From TPA_inf: Saccharomyces (Eukaryota), in NCBI GenBank assembly GCA_000146045.2, contig BK006938.2:64001-128000 (forward strand): DNA of 64,000 nucleotides. Reading direction: 5' to 3'. Every line of letters begins with the position of its first letter. Positions within the stretch are counted from its first letter, which is position 1. The position numbers and the translations under genes are program-made. The notes under the pieces were generated by a model, which saw only the letters and a list, made by a program, of their open reading frames with translations, ran no database searches and had not been told where the DNA came from. Below are positions 30,605-43,207 of this stretch, in pieces.

Positions 30605-31786
30605 ATGAATAGGAATACGACTACCAATAAGAACGCGAATTTGAATAACAGTAGAAATGCTAACGCTCCCGGTGAAGCAGGTCATCAGAACAAGACGGGA
30701 TTGATATACTGGACTAACCCTAGCAAGTCGGGTGCGAGCTTTGCTGCGACTCTGGTGAGTTTGCTGATCCTCAGAAATGTCAATGTTATTTCTGTTTTAC
30801 TTAAGATCGGATACATGGTGTTGTTCACGAGTTTTGCGGTGGAGCTTTCTACAAAGGTGCTATTTGATAAAGGAGTAGTGTCTAGGTTTGGCATGCAAGA
30901 GTCTCCGGACCTTGTTGGCGTCTTAAAGCCTCATATCGACCGCGAATTGGATCGTCTGCCTGCGTTAGAGGACAGAATCAGAAAGTTAGTGTTTGCACAC
31001 AGAACAAGAAACAATTTTACCATTGGTGTTTCCCTCTATTTCTTGCACGGCCTATTTGCTATATTCTCTATGAACACTGTTTTGATAATGACCACCATCT
31101 TTTTGTACACTGTGCCTTTAATCTACGATAGAAAGCAGGCTAGAATTGACCGTGCTATCGACAGGATGAAGGATCTAGTTATTCATAGGTTTCACAAAAA
31201 TTACAACAAGGTGGTTGAAAAGACTGAACCATACATTGACAAGATTATCCCACCCCAAACCGATGAAGGCAGCTACTCAACCTCTATCAGTAACGAAAAC
31301 AAATCTTCTACTTCTCAACGTAACAAGAGCGGCCTTTCCTCTTCTGAGTTTGACAACATGAACGACACGTCAGCCTCCAAAAGTGGCAAAGACAGCTATT
31401 CTACCTCTCAATATAACCGAGCCGAATATCCAGTTTCTCAGAATGAGAATATTGGCACCTTAAAATCTGGGAAGCAGGAAATACCAACAGAGAAGGATTT
31501 CAACAACAGGCATGAAAACTTCAGTAAACCAGATGTCAAGACATATGATCCAAGAACAGTTGATATTGAAGAAGAATTAGCAGCTCATCAGCGTGAACTG
31601 GAGCAAAACCTAAAAGATGGTGATTACAATCTGGTAGGAAGCAAGGAAATCCCAGATCCAATCACCGTTCCAGCTCCAACTAGACACACCACTAAACCCG
31701 CCGAAAGCCAATCGATTCCCATCAAGAATAATGAAACCTTACACAAAACCACGCACGGCCTAAAGCAAAAATTGCAACACGCATAA
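30605..31786 (+). CDS. RTN2: RTN2 (YDL204W), a reticulon-like ER membrane protein, 393 aa. The open frame extends to an upstream ATG at 30584.
   Basis: An N-terminal reticulon homology domain with paired hydrophobic hairpins is followed by a hydrophilic S/N-rich tail. Confidence 0.85.
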   Translation: MNRNTTTNKNANLNNSRNANAPGEAGHQNKTGLIYWTNPSKSGASFAATLVSLLILRNVNVISVLLKIGYMVLFTSFAVELSTKVLFDKGVVSRFGMQESPDLVGVLKPHIDRELDRLPALEDRIRKLVFAHRTRNNFTIGVSLYFLHGLFAIFSMNTVLIMTTIFLYTVPLIYDRKQARIDRAIDRMKDLVIHRFHKNYNKVVEKTEPYIDKIIPPQTDEGSYSTSISNENKSSTSQRNKSGLSSSEFDNMNDTSASKSGKDSYSTSQYNRAEYPVSQNENIGTLKSGKQEIPTEKDFNNRHENFSKPDVKTYDPRTVDIEEELAAHQRELEQNLKDGDYNLVGSKEIPDPITVPAPTRHTTKPAESQSIPIKNNETLHKTTHGLKQKLQHA

Positions 31787-32081
31787 TCTAGTTTTTTTTT
31801 TTTTCTCTCTTCTTTCTAGCTAGTAGTTCATTTCCTTTTCTTTTTTTCAAAGAGGTCATATTTATCACCAACTATATATTTTTTTGAAGAAAAGATATCA
31901 TTACAACGATAAGTAGTTACAATATTTTTTTTATTTAGTTTAAAATAATGAGTAAATGACGTCGCATTTCTTCGCTTTTGTTATTTTTATTCTCCTCTCA
32001 TTTTTGAGGAGAATGTTACAATATTTTACTAATGTCCTGAATAATATTTGATTTATGGCATAATAAAGAAATGCGAATTCG

Positions 32082-33953
32082 TTAATTTGTCAAACTTCGA
32101 AGAGCATCAACTGCCTTCCTGAATCCCATTCTTGCAGCCCTCTGATAATATTGTTTGGCCAGATCCAAATCAACTTCACAACCGACACCTTTTTCGTAAT
32201 AAAATCCTAAGGCAAATTCAGTGCGGGCTAATTTACCGTCTGAACACTTGCTGCTCTTCAAGGCCCAGTTGAATGCCTCTTTATTGTTTGGTTTCAAAAT
32301 ATTTGGTGCTCCCGTTAAGTACCATCCACTTAAGGATAACATTGCCATCGGATTCCCCTTCGGCTGAGCAGCAGCAGCTTTGGAATACCAATATATGGAT
32401 TTTTTGGCCACCACTGGCAACCCTAGGTCTCCAAACTCATAACAATTTCCTAATTTCCATTGCGCTAAAGGGTACTCAAAATCTTTGGCACATTGTTGGT
32501 AGTATTTTATTGCCAGTTGAGAGTCTTTTCGTATGCCGTTCGCAAATAATAGGTTCTGGATTTCTGGCGGCAAAACACTGAATTCATATATTTTACCTAA
32601 CTCATATAATGTTTGTGGAGAGTCACCCTTTTGGGCAGCTTTATCAAACCATTTAATAGCTAGCAATACATCAGTCTTTTGCATGTTCAGACCGTATAAA
32701 TGGCTCATCCCTAATTTATACATACACGCAGAATTTGAACAAACTTCTGCGCCATGCTGGTAGTATTGGAAGGCCTTTTTTATGCATTGTTCTTTGGTTG
32801 GTGATGGATCCAAAGAAGAGGTGCCCCTTTGGTATTCAAAGCATACACCTGCACGGTAGCATGCATCTGAATTGTTCAATTTCGCAGCTTTACAATAATA
32901 TTCCAGCGCCTTTTCATCATTTTTAATAACGATGTTTTTGTTCTTTATAGGTAAATAGGGTTGGTGTGAATACAGCGTCCCCATTAAATACATGGCAGGT
33001 GGCCATTTTAAAGTTATCAATTTTGTGAGCACCTTGAATGAATGTTCCAAAATGACTTTCTGGTTTTTGAGCATTTCCTCAGGCTTTAAGCTTCTTTTGA
33101 GCTTCTCCGCGTTTATGTTATATTGCGATATGAAATCCTCATTAAAGGCATATGTAAGTAATGTTTCACACCATTGCATTTGTATCTCGGGGGTGAATTT
33201 TGAAGAGTCAGTAATTGTCTTCTTGTACACTTGATAGAAAGCCAATGCCTCTGGTGAATAGGAAGACAGTTTGTCCTCACCACCTGAGGACCCATTATCG
33301 TCTGTCTTCGCGCTCCCAGTGGGTGGTTGGTTGATTTTTTGTGGTGGAACAGGATTATTATTCAAAGGTCGTATTGGAGCTTTTTCCTCGGTTCTGTAAA
33401 CTTTTTCCTGCAGTATCCTAGATTCAGATTCCTCATAGGGTGGTGGCGCTGAGTTGTCCCTTACAGACTCTGATATTCGATTTCCACTGCTTATTGATGC
33501 ATCTTGTACAGCTGGTGAACCCAAACTCTCTTTTGTAGAACTAAAATTGAAAGGAAGTTCATACCTACTACCAGTACTGTTGGTGCCATTATTGGCATAT
33601 CCTATTTCACCTGTTGGCTTGGAATTAAAAATGTCCATGCCGTTATTACTATTTATGGTTACTGGAGTGCCTAATTGACCACCATCAGCATTCCCGTCTG
33701 TGAAATTCAGCGCACTCAAAGGCAGCGATAATGATGAGGAAGATGAAGGGGATGTAAAAGGAATAGCTGGTGTGAGTTCAACGATAGAGTCATCCACTGG
33801 ATAGGGTGCAGGCACTATATTTTGAGCTGGCAAACCATGCCTATCCGAATTGGCATTTCCCAATTTATGCGAGGACTCCCGCGCCCTTGCTGGTGGAAAC
33901 ATGTTAATGTGTTTGTCATAGAGGTTAGGTTGCGGTTGGCCCTGATTAACCAT
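32082..33953 (-). CDS. ACK1: ACK1 (YDL203C), a Sel1-repeat (TPR-like) protein, 623 aa.
   Basis: The C-terminal half contains multiple Sel1-like repeats (repeated ...A...YY..AA..G...A...LG..Y..G patterns). The position on chromosome IV fits. Confidence 0.85.
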   Translation of the reverse strand: MVNQGQPQPNLYDKHINMFPPARARESSHKLGNANSDRHGLPAQNIVPAPYPVDDSIVELTPAIPFTSPSSSSSLSLPLSALNFTDGNADGGQLGTPVTINSNNGMDIFNSKPTGEIGYANNGTNSTGSRYELPFNFSSTKESLGSPAVQDASISSGNRISESVRDNSAPPPYEESESRILQEKVYRTEEKAPIRPLNNNPVPPQKINQPPTGSAKTDDNGSSGGEDKLSSYSPEALAFYQVYKKTITDSSKFTPEIQMQWCETLLTYAFNEDFISQYNINAEKLKRSLKPEEMLKNQKVILEHSFKVLTKLITLKWPPAMYLMGTLYSHQPYLPIKNKNIVIKNDEKALEYYCKAAKLNNSDACYRAGVCFEYQRGTSSLDPSPTKEQCIKKAFQYYQHGAEVCSNSACMYKLGMSHLYGLNMQKTDVLLAIKWFDKAAQKGDSPQTLYELGKIYEFSVLPPEIQNLLFANGIRKDSQLAIKYYQQCAKDFEYPLAQWKLGNCYEFGDLGLPVVAKKSIYWYSKAAAAQPKGNPMAMLSLSGWYLTGAPNILKPNNKEAFNWALKSSKCSDGKLARTEFALGFYYEKGVGCEVDLDLAKQYYQRAARMGFRKAVDALRSLTN

Positions 33954-34471
33954 TGCCTACTGTATTAAAACAAAGTATTAAAACGTGGTGGTACACTCTG
34001 TACAAAAGAATAGAAGGAAATGAAAAGAAAACGGAGTTAAAATCTACTTCATAAAAAGAGACGCTTCCAAATCCAGTCTCTACCACGTTCTTGTATATAA
34101 TTTGAGCAACTCAAATTAAATTACCGGGATATCTGCTTATTCTACAAGCCATAGCATCCAGTGCTAAGGTTCATCTCAAGCCATCTTCAATACACTTGAT
34201 AATTAGTCGTCAATTTTAAAATTAGGTTTCGTTCTTGAAGGCACTTAACCTAAGCTTTTTACTATATGACCTATTAAACAAGTCTTTTTCATAGTGTAAC
34301 CTAACGTTTATACACTAATAACCCTAGGGCTTAGTAGAGATTCATACAGAAAAAAACGTAGAGTTATAGCAGTAAACTGAGAAAAGAAAGAAGGTTAGTA
34401 CAATTGAAGAGTAAGGAAAACAAAAGCTTTAGACCTTATTGGAAGTGCTTGGGCGCGGAGTGTGATTATAA

Positions 34472-35224
<753 letters not shown>

Positions 35225-35536
35225 AAAGAAAATGCCCGTAATTCGACAAGTTTTATAAAGGTTTTACTATTCAATCATGTACATACATCATCAAAAAATA
35301 AAAAGACAATGAAGCAATAACGGTAAATATACTTTAGTCTATGTATTGACGTCAAAATTACCTTTCTTTTACCTTTCTTACCTTTTTACATATCTCAGCG
35401 ACCGTTGAAAAAAAAAAAAAATGAAAAATTTTGGTGATGACTTCAGCAAAAAATTTCAGGATATTTCTGACATTTCACTTTATTAAAGCGCCACAAAAGC
35501 TGGATTAGTATAGATTCAGCAGTTCCCATAGGATAA

Positions 35537-36421
<885 letters not shown>

Positions 36422-36500
36422 CATAGATGTATAACTAGAACAATTTACCACATATACATAACTATTTCTTATGTTTATTTTCCTAAAATCCTTTATCCAA

Positions 36501-37121
36501 CTACAATCTACTAAGGCTTAAGCTATTTTCCTTTTCATTATTTAATAACTGTTCTTTCAGTTTACAGCTCCATTTATATCCGGTTAATTTTCTATTGCTA
36601 CCAACGATTCTATGGCAAGGTACTAACAATGCCAGGTTATTTGAGCCGCAAGCTCTTCCGACAGATCTTGCGGCAGTTGGCTTCCCTATTCTCTTTGCAA
36701 TATCACCATATGTTACGACGTGGCCGTGTTCCACGTTTAAAAGCTCATTCCAAACTTTACGTTGAAAATCTGTTCCAAACAGGAACTCAAAGGGAATAGC
36801 GCCCGATGGTAATGGCATTTTGTTTTCTAAACATATTGTATAATTTTCGATTGATTTCTTATATGTTTCTGCCTCTTTTAGTTCCTGTAAATCGTACATT
36901 GTATCCTGTTTCTCATGTTTCTTCAAGAAGCCTTCCACCTTTCCCAATAAAAAAAGCTTATCATTACCTAACGAGGCAAAAACAAGGTTTTGAGTCTTTT
37001 CCCTAAACACCAAAAATGCACCAGTCACTTCAGTTTCAATGAATGTATAGTAAAGCAGTTCCTTCATCGTTGGTCCATTTAGATCAAAAATGCGACCGTT
37101 TTCAATTTTTTTTTTGTGCAT
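36501..37121 (-). CDS. MGT1: MGT1 (YDL200C), O6-methylguanine-DNA methyltransferase. The open frame is 206 aa. The start I remember is probably the Met at 37067 (MKELLYYTF..., 188 aa).
   Basis: The active-site PCHRIV motif and the helix-turn-helix DNA-binding region are present. Confidence 0.88.
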   Translation of the reverse strand: MHKKKIENGRIFDLNGPTMKELLYYTFIETEVTGAFLVFREKTQNLVFASLGNDKLFLLGKVEGFLKKHEKQDTMYDLQELKEAETYKKSIENYTICLENKMPLPSGAIPFEFLFGTDFQRKVWNELLNVEHGHVVTYGDIAKRIGKPTAARSVGRACGSNNLALLVPCHRIVGSNRKLTGYKWSCKLKEQLLNNEKENSLSLSRL

Positions 37122-37289
37122 ATGCTATATCATTACTTGATTAATCTTCCTTGTTTCCACCGCATTTTAAATGCCCTGCCAGGCCAATAGCGCCGTGCCT
37201 TTTTTCTAATGACTATAATAAGAATATGTATGTAGGATAAAACTAAACATTTATACTTAGGATGAAGCAAATATTTTTATGAGGCCATA

Positions 37290-39353
37290 CTAGGCAACTG
37301 CCATGTCTCCAGGCGAATTCTGGCCTCCACCTGAACTGGGTTTATTCGCAGCAATGTTGTCGCTGATATTTGGATCGGTTCTGTTATGAAAACTGAAAAA
37401 TTCTCCAGTCCTTGATGGTCCTGAATCAGATGTAATGAAATAAACATTTTGTGCAGAACCGTGTGTCTGGTTCGATAAGTTTCCGTTTTTGGGTAGAATC
37501 TGCTCATTTTGAATAGATGAATAGGCTTGATTATTTTGTTTGATACTACTTCCTAGAGTGTTTATCTGATACGCGGAAAAAGATGGTGAGGAGGAGAATT
37601 CAGAACCGGTATCGTCAAAAACATCATCATGGTTACCGCTACCGTTTCCGGTAGAATCATCATCAGAATCTAACCTTTCGTCACGGGTTTCTATAGGAAA
37701 AATCTTCAGCACAAATATAATGGAAATAAAGGAAGATAAAGATGGAATAAGATAAAACTTCCAAGACAGACGGTCAATAAGTATAGGGGTTATTAAGCTG
37801 ACGAACCACTTAAAAATCCAATAAAAGTTTGAGACTAGTAGTATCACTGGGGCCTGTGACAAGTGAGGTAGAAGCTCAATGGTCATAACCCATCCTATAG
37901 AATCCCAACTGATGAAGTGCGTAAAAAGAAAAACAGCAAATAGTATTGATATATACCTCGTTGTGCTCTTGGGAAACCAGTCTGTAAAAGATATGGTAAA
38001 TAGCAATGCACACATCACAATCGAACCTAAGAGTACATTCGTTTTCTCTTTACGTTTCCGTAACACCAAGGGAACATATGCTAATATTACGATGCTGTAA
38101 ATTAAAGCATTAAGCCCCGTTAAATAGATAGATTTTCTTTCTCCTCTCCCCATTTGTTGTAATATTAACGGTGAGTAATACAAGAAAGCATCCACTCCAT
38201 TTGTTCGTGTGAGAAGTTGGAAACCTATCAACAATTTTATTATTGAAGAAAAATCCTTTAAGATATACGCATATGGATAGGAGTTTTTTTGAAGGTGTGA
38301 CTTTAATAATATGTCTCGTTTCAGGACCCTAAATTTCAACTGAGTTTGGTTTTCTTCGAAATTTCCATCATCGAAAACATTCGATATTAAAACCAATGCC
38401 TCTACGTCGTTCTTTTGCTTCAACAGCCACGAAGGGGACTCTAAAATAAGATAGAACGACATTAGGTTTAGTATTATTCCAAGTGCCACATGTGTTGACA
38501 AAGGGTATCTCCATGCAAAGCCCAAATATCTGAAAGCACAATTAATCCATATTCCGAATGAATACGCAATGACACTAGAGACGCATTGAATGGAAATTAA
38601 TGTCCGTTTTCTTATACAGGGAAGGGGAAACTCGAATTGATAAATTATTACCATAGAAAAGGCAAAGCCCATACCTACTCCGAGTAAGAATCTACCCAGT
38701 AGTAAACACCATTGGTTTAGAGCCAAGACCTGAACAATGGCACCCAAAGAGTATATCATTGTGCTTATTTGGAGCATTTTTTTCCTGCTACAAGGCTCCA
38801 GGATGCCAGAATAGACAAATAACGACGCCATGAACGCACCCAGATTAACAATGCTCACTATATTGCCCAGCGGAGAAGTAAGTGGGTAATGAAAATACTT
38901 CTGGAACGACAAAGTCATAACGTTACCAGATATGAGGCCTTGGTCCAACCCTGACAGCGAGGAAACTAGCACCACAAAAGATATAAACGAAGTACGCAAA
39001 ACTCGACTGGAATGCCTTTTTTTCTTACTTCGTAGTTGTGAGATTTCAGCCTGTTGTAGTAATTGGCGGTATGGATCATCCATTGATAATCTAGGGGTAT
39101 GTTCAGAAAGCGGCAAAACCACAGTAGCATCGCTGTCTCTATATAGAGAACCACGACGCGAGCTATGAGCTGTGATGTTGTTCTCAAATCTGAATATGTC
39201 GGGGTTCTTGTGGGGCAGTGAAGTTAGTGCGGTATCATCCTGTTTACTGTTAAAATCCTGTGCTAGCTGATGTGCCCTATCAATATGCGCCGAACTATTA
39301 GCTTCCTGAGTAAGTGGTTTATTTGAACGTGACATGTTTAACGGAGGTTTCAT
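37290..39353 (-). CDS. YDL199C, a putative MFS sugar-porter-family transporter, 687 aa.
   Basis: It has a 12-TM MFS architecture, a long hydrophilic N-terminus and an MFS loop motif. Confidence 0.82.
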   Translation of the reverse strand: MKPPLNMSRSNKPLTQEANSSAHIDRAHQLAQDFNSKQDDTALTSLPHKNPDIFRFENNITAHSSRRGSLYRDSDATVVLPLSEHTPRLSMDDPYRQLLQQAEISQLRSKKKRHSSRVLRTSFISFVVLVSSLSGLDQGLISGNVMTLSFQKYFHYPLTSPLGNIVSIVNLGAFMASLFVYSGILEPCSRKKMLQISTMIYSLGAIVQVLALNQWCLLLGRFLLGVGMGFAFSMVIIYQFEFPLPCIRKRTLISIQCVSSVIAYSFGIWINCAFRYLGFAWRYPLSTHVALGIILNLMSFYLILESPSWLLKQKNDVEALVLISNVFDDGNFEENQTQLKFRVLKRDILLKSHLQKNSYPYAYILKDFSSIIKLLIGFQLLTRTNGVDAFLYYSPLILQQMGRGERKSIYLTGLNALIYSIVILAYVPLVLRKRKEKTNVLLGSIVMCALLFTISFTDWFPKSTTRYISILFAVFLFTHFISWDSIGWVMTIELLPHLSQAPVILLVSNFYWIFKWFVSLITPILIDRLSWKFYLIPSLSSFISIIFVLKIFPIETRDERLDSDDDSTGNGSGNHDDVFDDTGSEFSSSPSFSAYQINTLGSSIKQNNQAYSSIQNEQILPKNGNLSNQTHGSAQNVYFITSDSGPSRTGEFFSFHNRTDPNISDNIAANKPSSGGGQNSPGDMAVA

Positions 39354-39648
39354 TTTCTTGAAAAAGCTGAGATAGTAACAGGTTCCTCTGTAGTATTAAA
39401 TTTAGCGCTCTTCTTTATGTTCATTCTTTTTGTCCTGAAGTGGCCCAGAAGCCCTTCAAAGCAATCCTTTATTTTTTTAGAACTACGCGGCTGACGTCCT
39501 TACCTCGGTACGGTGATACAGCTATTACATTGGAAAAAGTAGTTAGTCAAAAAACAGGAAATAATACATAAAGTACAAACTCATATTGTTATACATTTTA
39601 TATTCACAAGCTGAATGCCAAGGAAAATAGACAAGAAGTTCATGTACT

Positions 39649-40551
39649 TCATTTGCTCAACAGGTTATCGAATCTAGGTATCAAAGATTGAGCTAACGCA
39701 AATGAGAAAACCAGTTTTGGACCCGTTGTTAGTAATTTAGGTGTTAAGCCCTTGAAAAACGCAGTTACACCTTCATTTTTCAGAGTGTTTTTGACGATTC
39801 TCAACCCGCTTTCAGGATTATCAAAATTCCTATTTTGAATTCTTGTCTTGATGACATCTAATGGAGCAGAAACGATCAGAGAGGAGCAAGCACCGACGAT
39901 GGAGGAGATGAAGTTTTGGGACCAAGTAGCTTGAGAATAATCTTTCAAACCCAAGATATACTCCTTGGCGAATGCATTACCACCAAAAAGGGCGAATGAA
40001 CCGGGAGCATTTCTGGCAGCCGTCCACCCCCAACCCCTATATAAGTTGAACAGGCCTTCGTCTCTCAAAATCTTGATGAAACCTCTACCTTTAAACGATT
40101 CGGGATTGGTCTGTCTCTTAATCTTCAACACGTCCAGCGGCAAAAGAACAATTTCACCAATACCAATCAAAGATCCAGCAGCGGCGGATCTCATTGCCTT
40201 ACCAGTCTTTTCACCGAAAAGATTATCAAAATCCTTTTTGTAGTGCTTATTCAAAAACTCGTTAGCAAAAGGCTGACCACCATATTTATACACTCTTTGA
40301 AGAACTTTGTATGATGCAGCGTAACCGAGACCCGGGAACAAGGTAAACAAACGTTTGCCCAAAGGTTCGCTGAAATGATCACGAAAAATAACACGATTCA
40401 ATTCCTGGCCAGAGGTTATTTTGGTGTGGTTGGACATCAGTCTTTTGGAAATGGTGTCCACAGGATGGAAGACGGCAATTTCCATTATGCCTGCAGAGGC
40501 GGACCCCAAAAGACGAGCTAATCCTGATTGTTTCTTATCGGTATGAGGCAT
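39649..40551 (-). CDS. GGC1: GGC1 (YDL198C), the mitochondrial GTP/GDP carrier, 300 aa.
   Basis: Three tandem mitochondrial-carrier repeats are present with Px[DE]xx[KR] signatures (PVDTISKR, PLDVLKIKRQ, PLDVIKTRIQ). Confidence 0.9.
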   Translation of the reverse strand: MPHTDKKQSGLARLLGSASAGIMEIAVFHPVDTISKRLMSNHTKITSGQELNRVIFRDHFSEPLGKRLFTLFPGLGYAASYKVLQRVYKYGGQPFANEFLNKHYKKDFDNLFGEKTGKAMRSAAAGSLIGIGEIVLLPLDVLKIKRQTNPESFKGRGFIKILRDEGLFNLYRGWGWTAARNAPGSFALFGGNAFAKEYILGLKDYSQATWSQNFISSIVGACSSLIVSAPLDVIKTRIQNRNFDNPESGLRIVKNTLKNEGVTAFFKGLTPKLLTTGPKLVFSFALAQSLIPRFDNLLSK

Positions 40552-40916
40552 ATTTCCCTTTTCTAATACTTTGGAAGATGCTTTGTTTGATATATGTCTA
40601 AAGGCTAAATATTAACCATCAAAAGAGATACACGATTTATATAGTCACCTCTATATATCTATGTCGTCGCTTTGTAGAAAATGTGACAGCAAATGCACAG
40701 TGACTCACGAGTTTTTGTTTTCTCGAGCTTTATCAAGAATTGCGATCGTTCTTTAATTTTCATTTTCTTTTTTTTTCGGGCAGTGGCGGCGGTGCTACAT
40801 GCCATTGGTCTACAAGGAAACTGTGGCAGCGAAGATTAACGGTGGTATGTTTGCGATAGAGCTTCCTTTGCAGATAGGCGGATGCCGTAGTGATCTCTAC
40901 CGCTTCGTATTTATAT

Positions 40917-42500
40917 TTATTTATGTAGTCCTGAACAATGCTTTGAATCCGCCAAGCTTTGTGCCACAGGAGGAGTTGATGTGTCTAGTGTGACTGGTTC
41001 ATTTGCCACCAATTTTGGCCGATCGTCTTTCTTTGCAGTCTCTTGAGATTTGTCTTTTGAAGGAAGTTGAGGACTGTCCGTGGGCACCCTTGGCAGAGTT
41101 TTCAGAGTCAAAGACTTCAGGTTGGCTATATGTGGTGGTTGTAGTCTTGATAAGTAGGATTTCCTTGATGAGTAATCAAGGTTTAGTGTTGTGCTCTTTT
41201 CGGAATATGACTGCCCGTCTGGAGCCGCTAATAGAAGCCGTTGAGGGGTGTTGTCAATTTCTTGATGGTTCGAATGCTGGGATAAGAGTAGAAGAGGCGC
41301 ATATGTACTTGCCACAGCGGGGGCGAGTGGACACGATTTTTCGCTACCAAGTTTTTGGAATATGCCCAAATGGTGTTTGCGCTGGGCTGGTGGTAGCCGT
41401 TGAATTAATGATTGCACGTAACTCTGCAGTAGCTTGATGGTATTATTTTTTCTTTCTAAATGCAAGTGGGTAGTTCGGCTCCTCTCATCGGCCATTTTCT
41501 TATGCAACCTTAGATCTTGCAATTCCTGTTCCTGGATAGCGAACAAATCCTCTGGATTGTTTTCCTCAAAGGGGTCCACCAAAGTCACATTGGTGGGGAT
41601 TTGTACTTGATTTTGTGTTTCTGTTTCTATTTGCCCCTTTGTTTCTGATTGTTGCGATAGTTCTGCTTGTAATGCTTCGATAGTCTCCCTCTGGTTAGCG
41701 ATGCTTTTCTTGTAGGATAACATCGTGAGATTGGCTTTGTCGACCAGCTCAGGAATACATTTAAGATAGTCATCCTTTGCTTTAGCCTGCTTCTTCAAGT
41801 GCTCCAGTGATTTGGTTGCTTGTAGCAGTTGCATTTTCAAGTTATTCACTTTGATTTCGGAATTTTTTCTCACGTTATTCAGTTCTCGCCTCACTTTGGC
41901 CAGCTCTTTTGAGCTTTCTGCATCAAACACCTTGCTGTCTAAACTTAGTTCTAGTCCTTCGTAGTATTTTTCATGGAACGTGTGAATCTCATCTAACTTG
42001 GTGTTCACCGTGTTCTGGACGTTTTTGTAGTCCTGTAACTTGGCGCAGATTTCCTTCTTGAGATTAACAAGCAAAGTGTATTCATCGTAGTTGCGTTCTT
42101 CTTTGCTAGAGGGAAGTCGAACAAGTTCGATTCTCTTTTCAGCAGAGCTCTTGTGCGTTTCCTTTAACGCGTTGTTCTCATCCAGGATACTTTTCATTTT
42201 TCCATGTAAACTAGCCATCTTAATTTCATAGCCTATGATCTCGCCGGACAATAACTTGGCGCTAGACACTAAAGCGGCTTCATTTTCTCGGTAATGATTC
42301 ACTAAAGATTGAAGCTCCTTGACTTTGCTTTTCATCTGCCTTAAAGATGACTTCTTTTGTACTCTTGAGCTGCTGAGGCCCTTCGTCACAGCCGCATATT
42401 CCTTGTCCGAGTTGAAAGATGAGCTCGACTCCTGATCACTACCATCTATCACACTGCGAGTGATGGCATCCAAGACACCACGATTTTTTGGCATAAGCAC
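40917..42500 (-). CDS. ASF2: ASF2 (YDL197C), anti-silencing function protein, ~525 aa.
   Basis: It is a coiled-coil-rich ORF. The assignment rests on position and on the sequence I remember. Confidence 0.75.
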   Translation of the reverse strand: MLMPKNRGVLDAITRSVIDGSDQESSSSFNSDKEYAAVTKGLSSSRVQKKSSLRQMKSKVKELQSLVNHYRENEAALVSSAKLLSGEIIGYEIKMASLHGKMKSILDENNALKETHKSSAEKRIELVRLPSSKEERNYDEYTLLVNLKKEICAKLQDYKNVQNTVNTKLDEIHTFHEKYYEGLELSLDSKVFDAESSKELAKVRRELNNVRKNSEIKVNNLKMQLLQATKSLEHLKKQAKAKDDYLKCIPELVDKANLTMLSYKKSIANQRETIEALQAELSQQSETKGQIETETQNQVQIPTNVTLVDPFEENNPEDLFAIQEQELQDLRLHKKMADERSRTTHLHLERKNNTIKLLQSYVQSLIQRLPPAQRKHHLGIFQKLGSEKSCPLAPAVASTYAPLLLLSQHSNHQEIDNTPQRLLLAAPDGQSYSEKSTTLNLDYSSRKSYLSRLQPPHIANLKSLTLKTLPRVPTDSPQLPSKDKSQETAKKDDRPKLVANEPVTLDTSTPPVAQSLADSKHCSGLHK

Positions 42501-42680
42501 TCAGTCTTGGCCTTTTTCCCTCCTTTCTCCACTGATCGAAGCTGTGTGCAAAAATCGTCCCCGGTGTTTATTTATTTGTCCTATGGATAGATATGTTACT
42601 CACGCGTCGCGTCGCTCCTAAAGACATGAAAAGCGCTTTTACATCTTTGCTAATACTAGCATCGCAGAAGATCTTCTCCA

Positions 42681-43070
42681 TTGCTATGCAACATACCTGC
42701 CTTGGTAGTTGGTTTCATAATTTACAATATACAAAGTTATATGCCCTCCGAGTCAAGGAAAAGATTGTCTTCCAAAAAAGGTGCAACTGTGCGTTTAGAA
42801 TTGGTGGAGAATTATGTGATATGCTTCTTCACCGTCCTCTGCTTCTGCCTAATACCACACTCATCAATTGACTGGAGATCTGGCCTATCTTGCTACTACT
42901 TCATAGATTTTTTTTTTTTTCATCTATCCCCTTCCATCCCCTTCTGGTTCTACCCCTTCAGCGTGAAAAATCACCATACACGATCAATCCGCCCGAGAAC
43001 GAAAAGTGAAAAGAACAAACAAGTCGTGTCAGATCCATTCCTCTATTCCTGTAGTCGGGTTGCATTCTGA
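42681..43070 (+). CDS. Small ORF in the ASF2-SEC31 intergenic region that probably corresponds to the dubious ORF YDL196W. It is unlikely to be a real gene.
   Basis: It has no recognisable domains, is hydrophobic and low-complexity, and overlaps promoter DNA. Confidence 0.25.
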   Translation: MLCNIPALVVGFIIYNIQSYMPSESRKRLSSKKGATVRLELVENYVICFFTVLCFCLIPHSSIDWRSGLSCYYFIDFFFFHLSPSIPFWFYPFSVKNHHTRSIRPRTKSEKNKQVVSDPFLYSCSRVAF

Positions 43071-43207
43071 ATTTACACGTCACGAACCAGCACTATTTCG
43101 CTACTGTAGGTGTAGAACATTAGGACAAGGCAAGCTTCTGCGATAGACACTTTACTCACACATATTTCCCTTTGTTCCCGTTTGCTCTCCCTAATTGAAC
43201 AATAAAG

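Noticed and set aside
41003-41437. 144-codon plus-strand ORF.
   Set aside because: It is fully embedded antisense within ASF2, with no supporting features.
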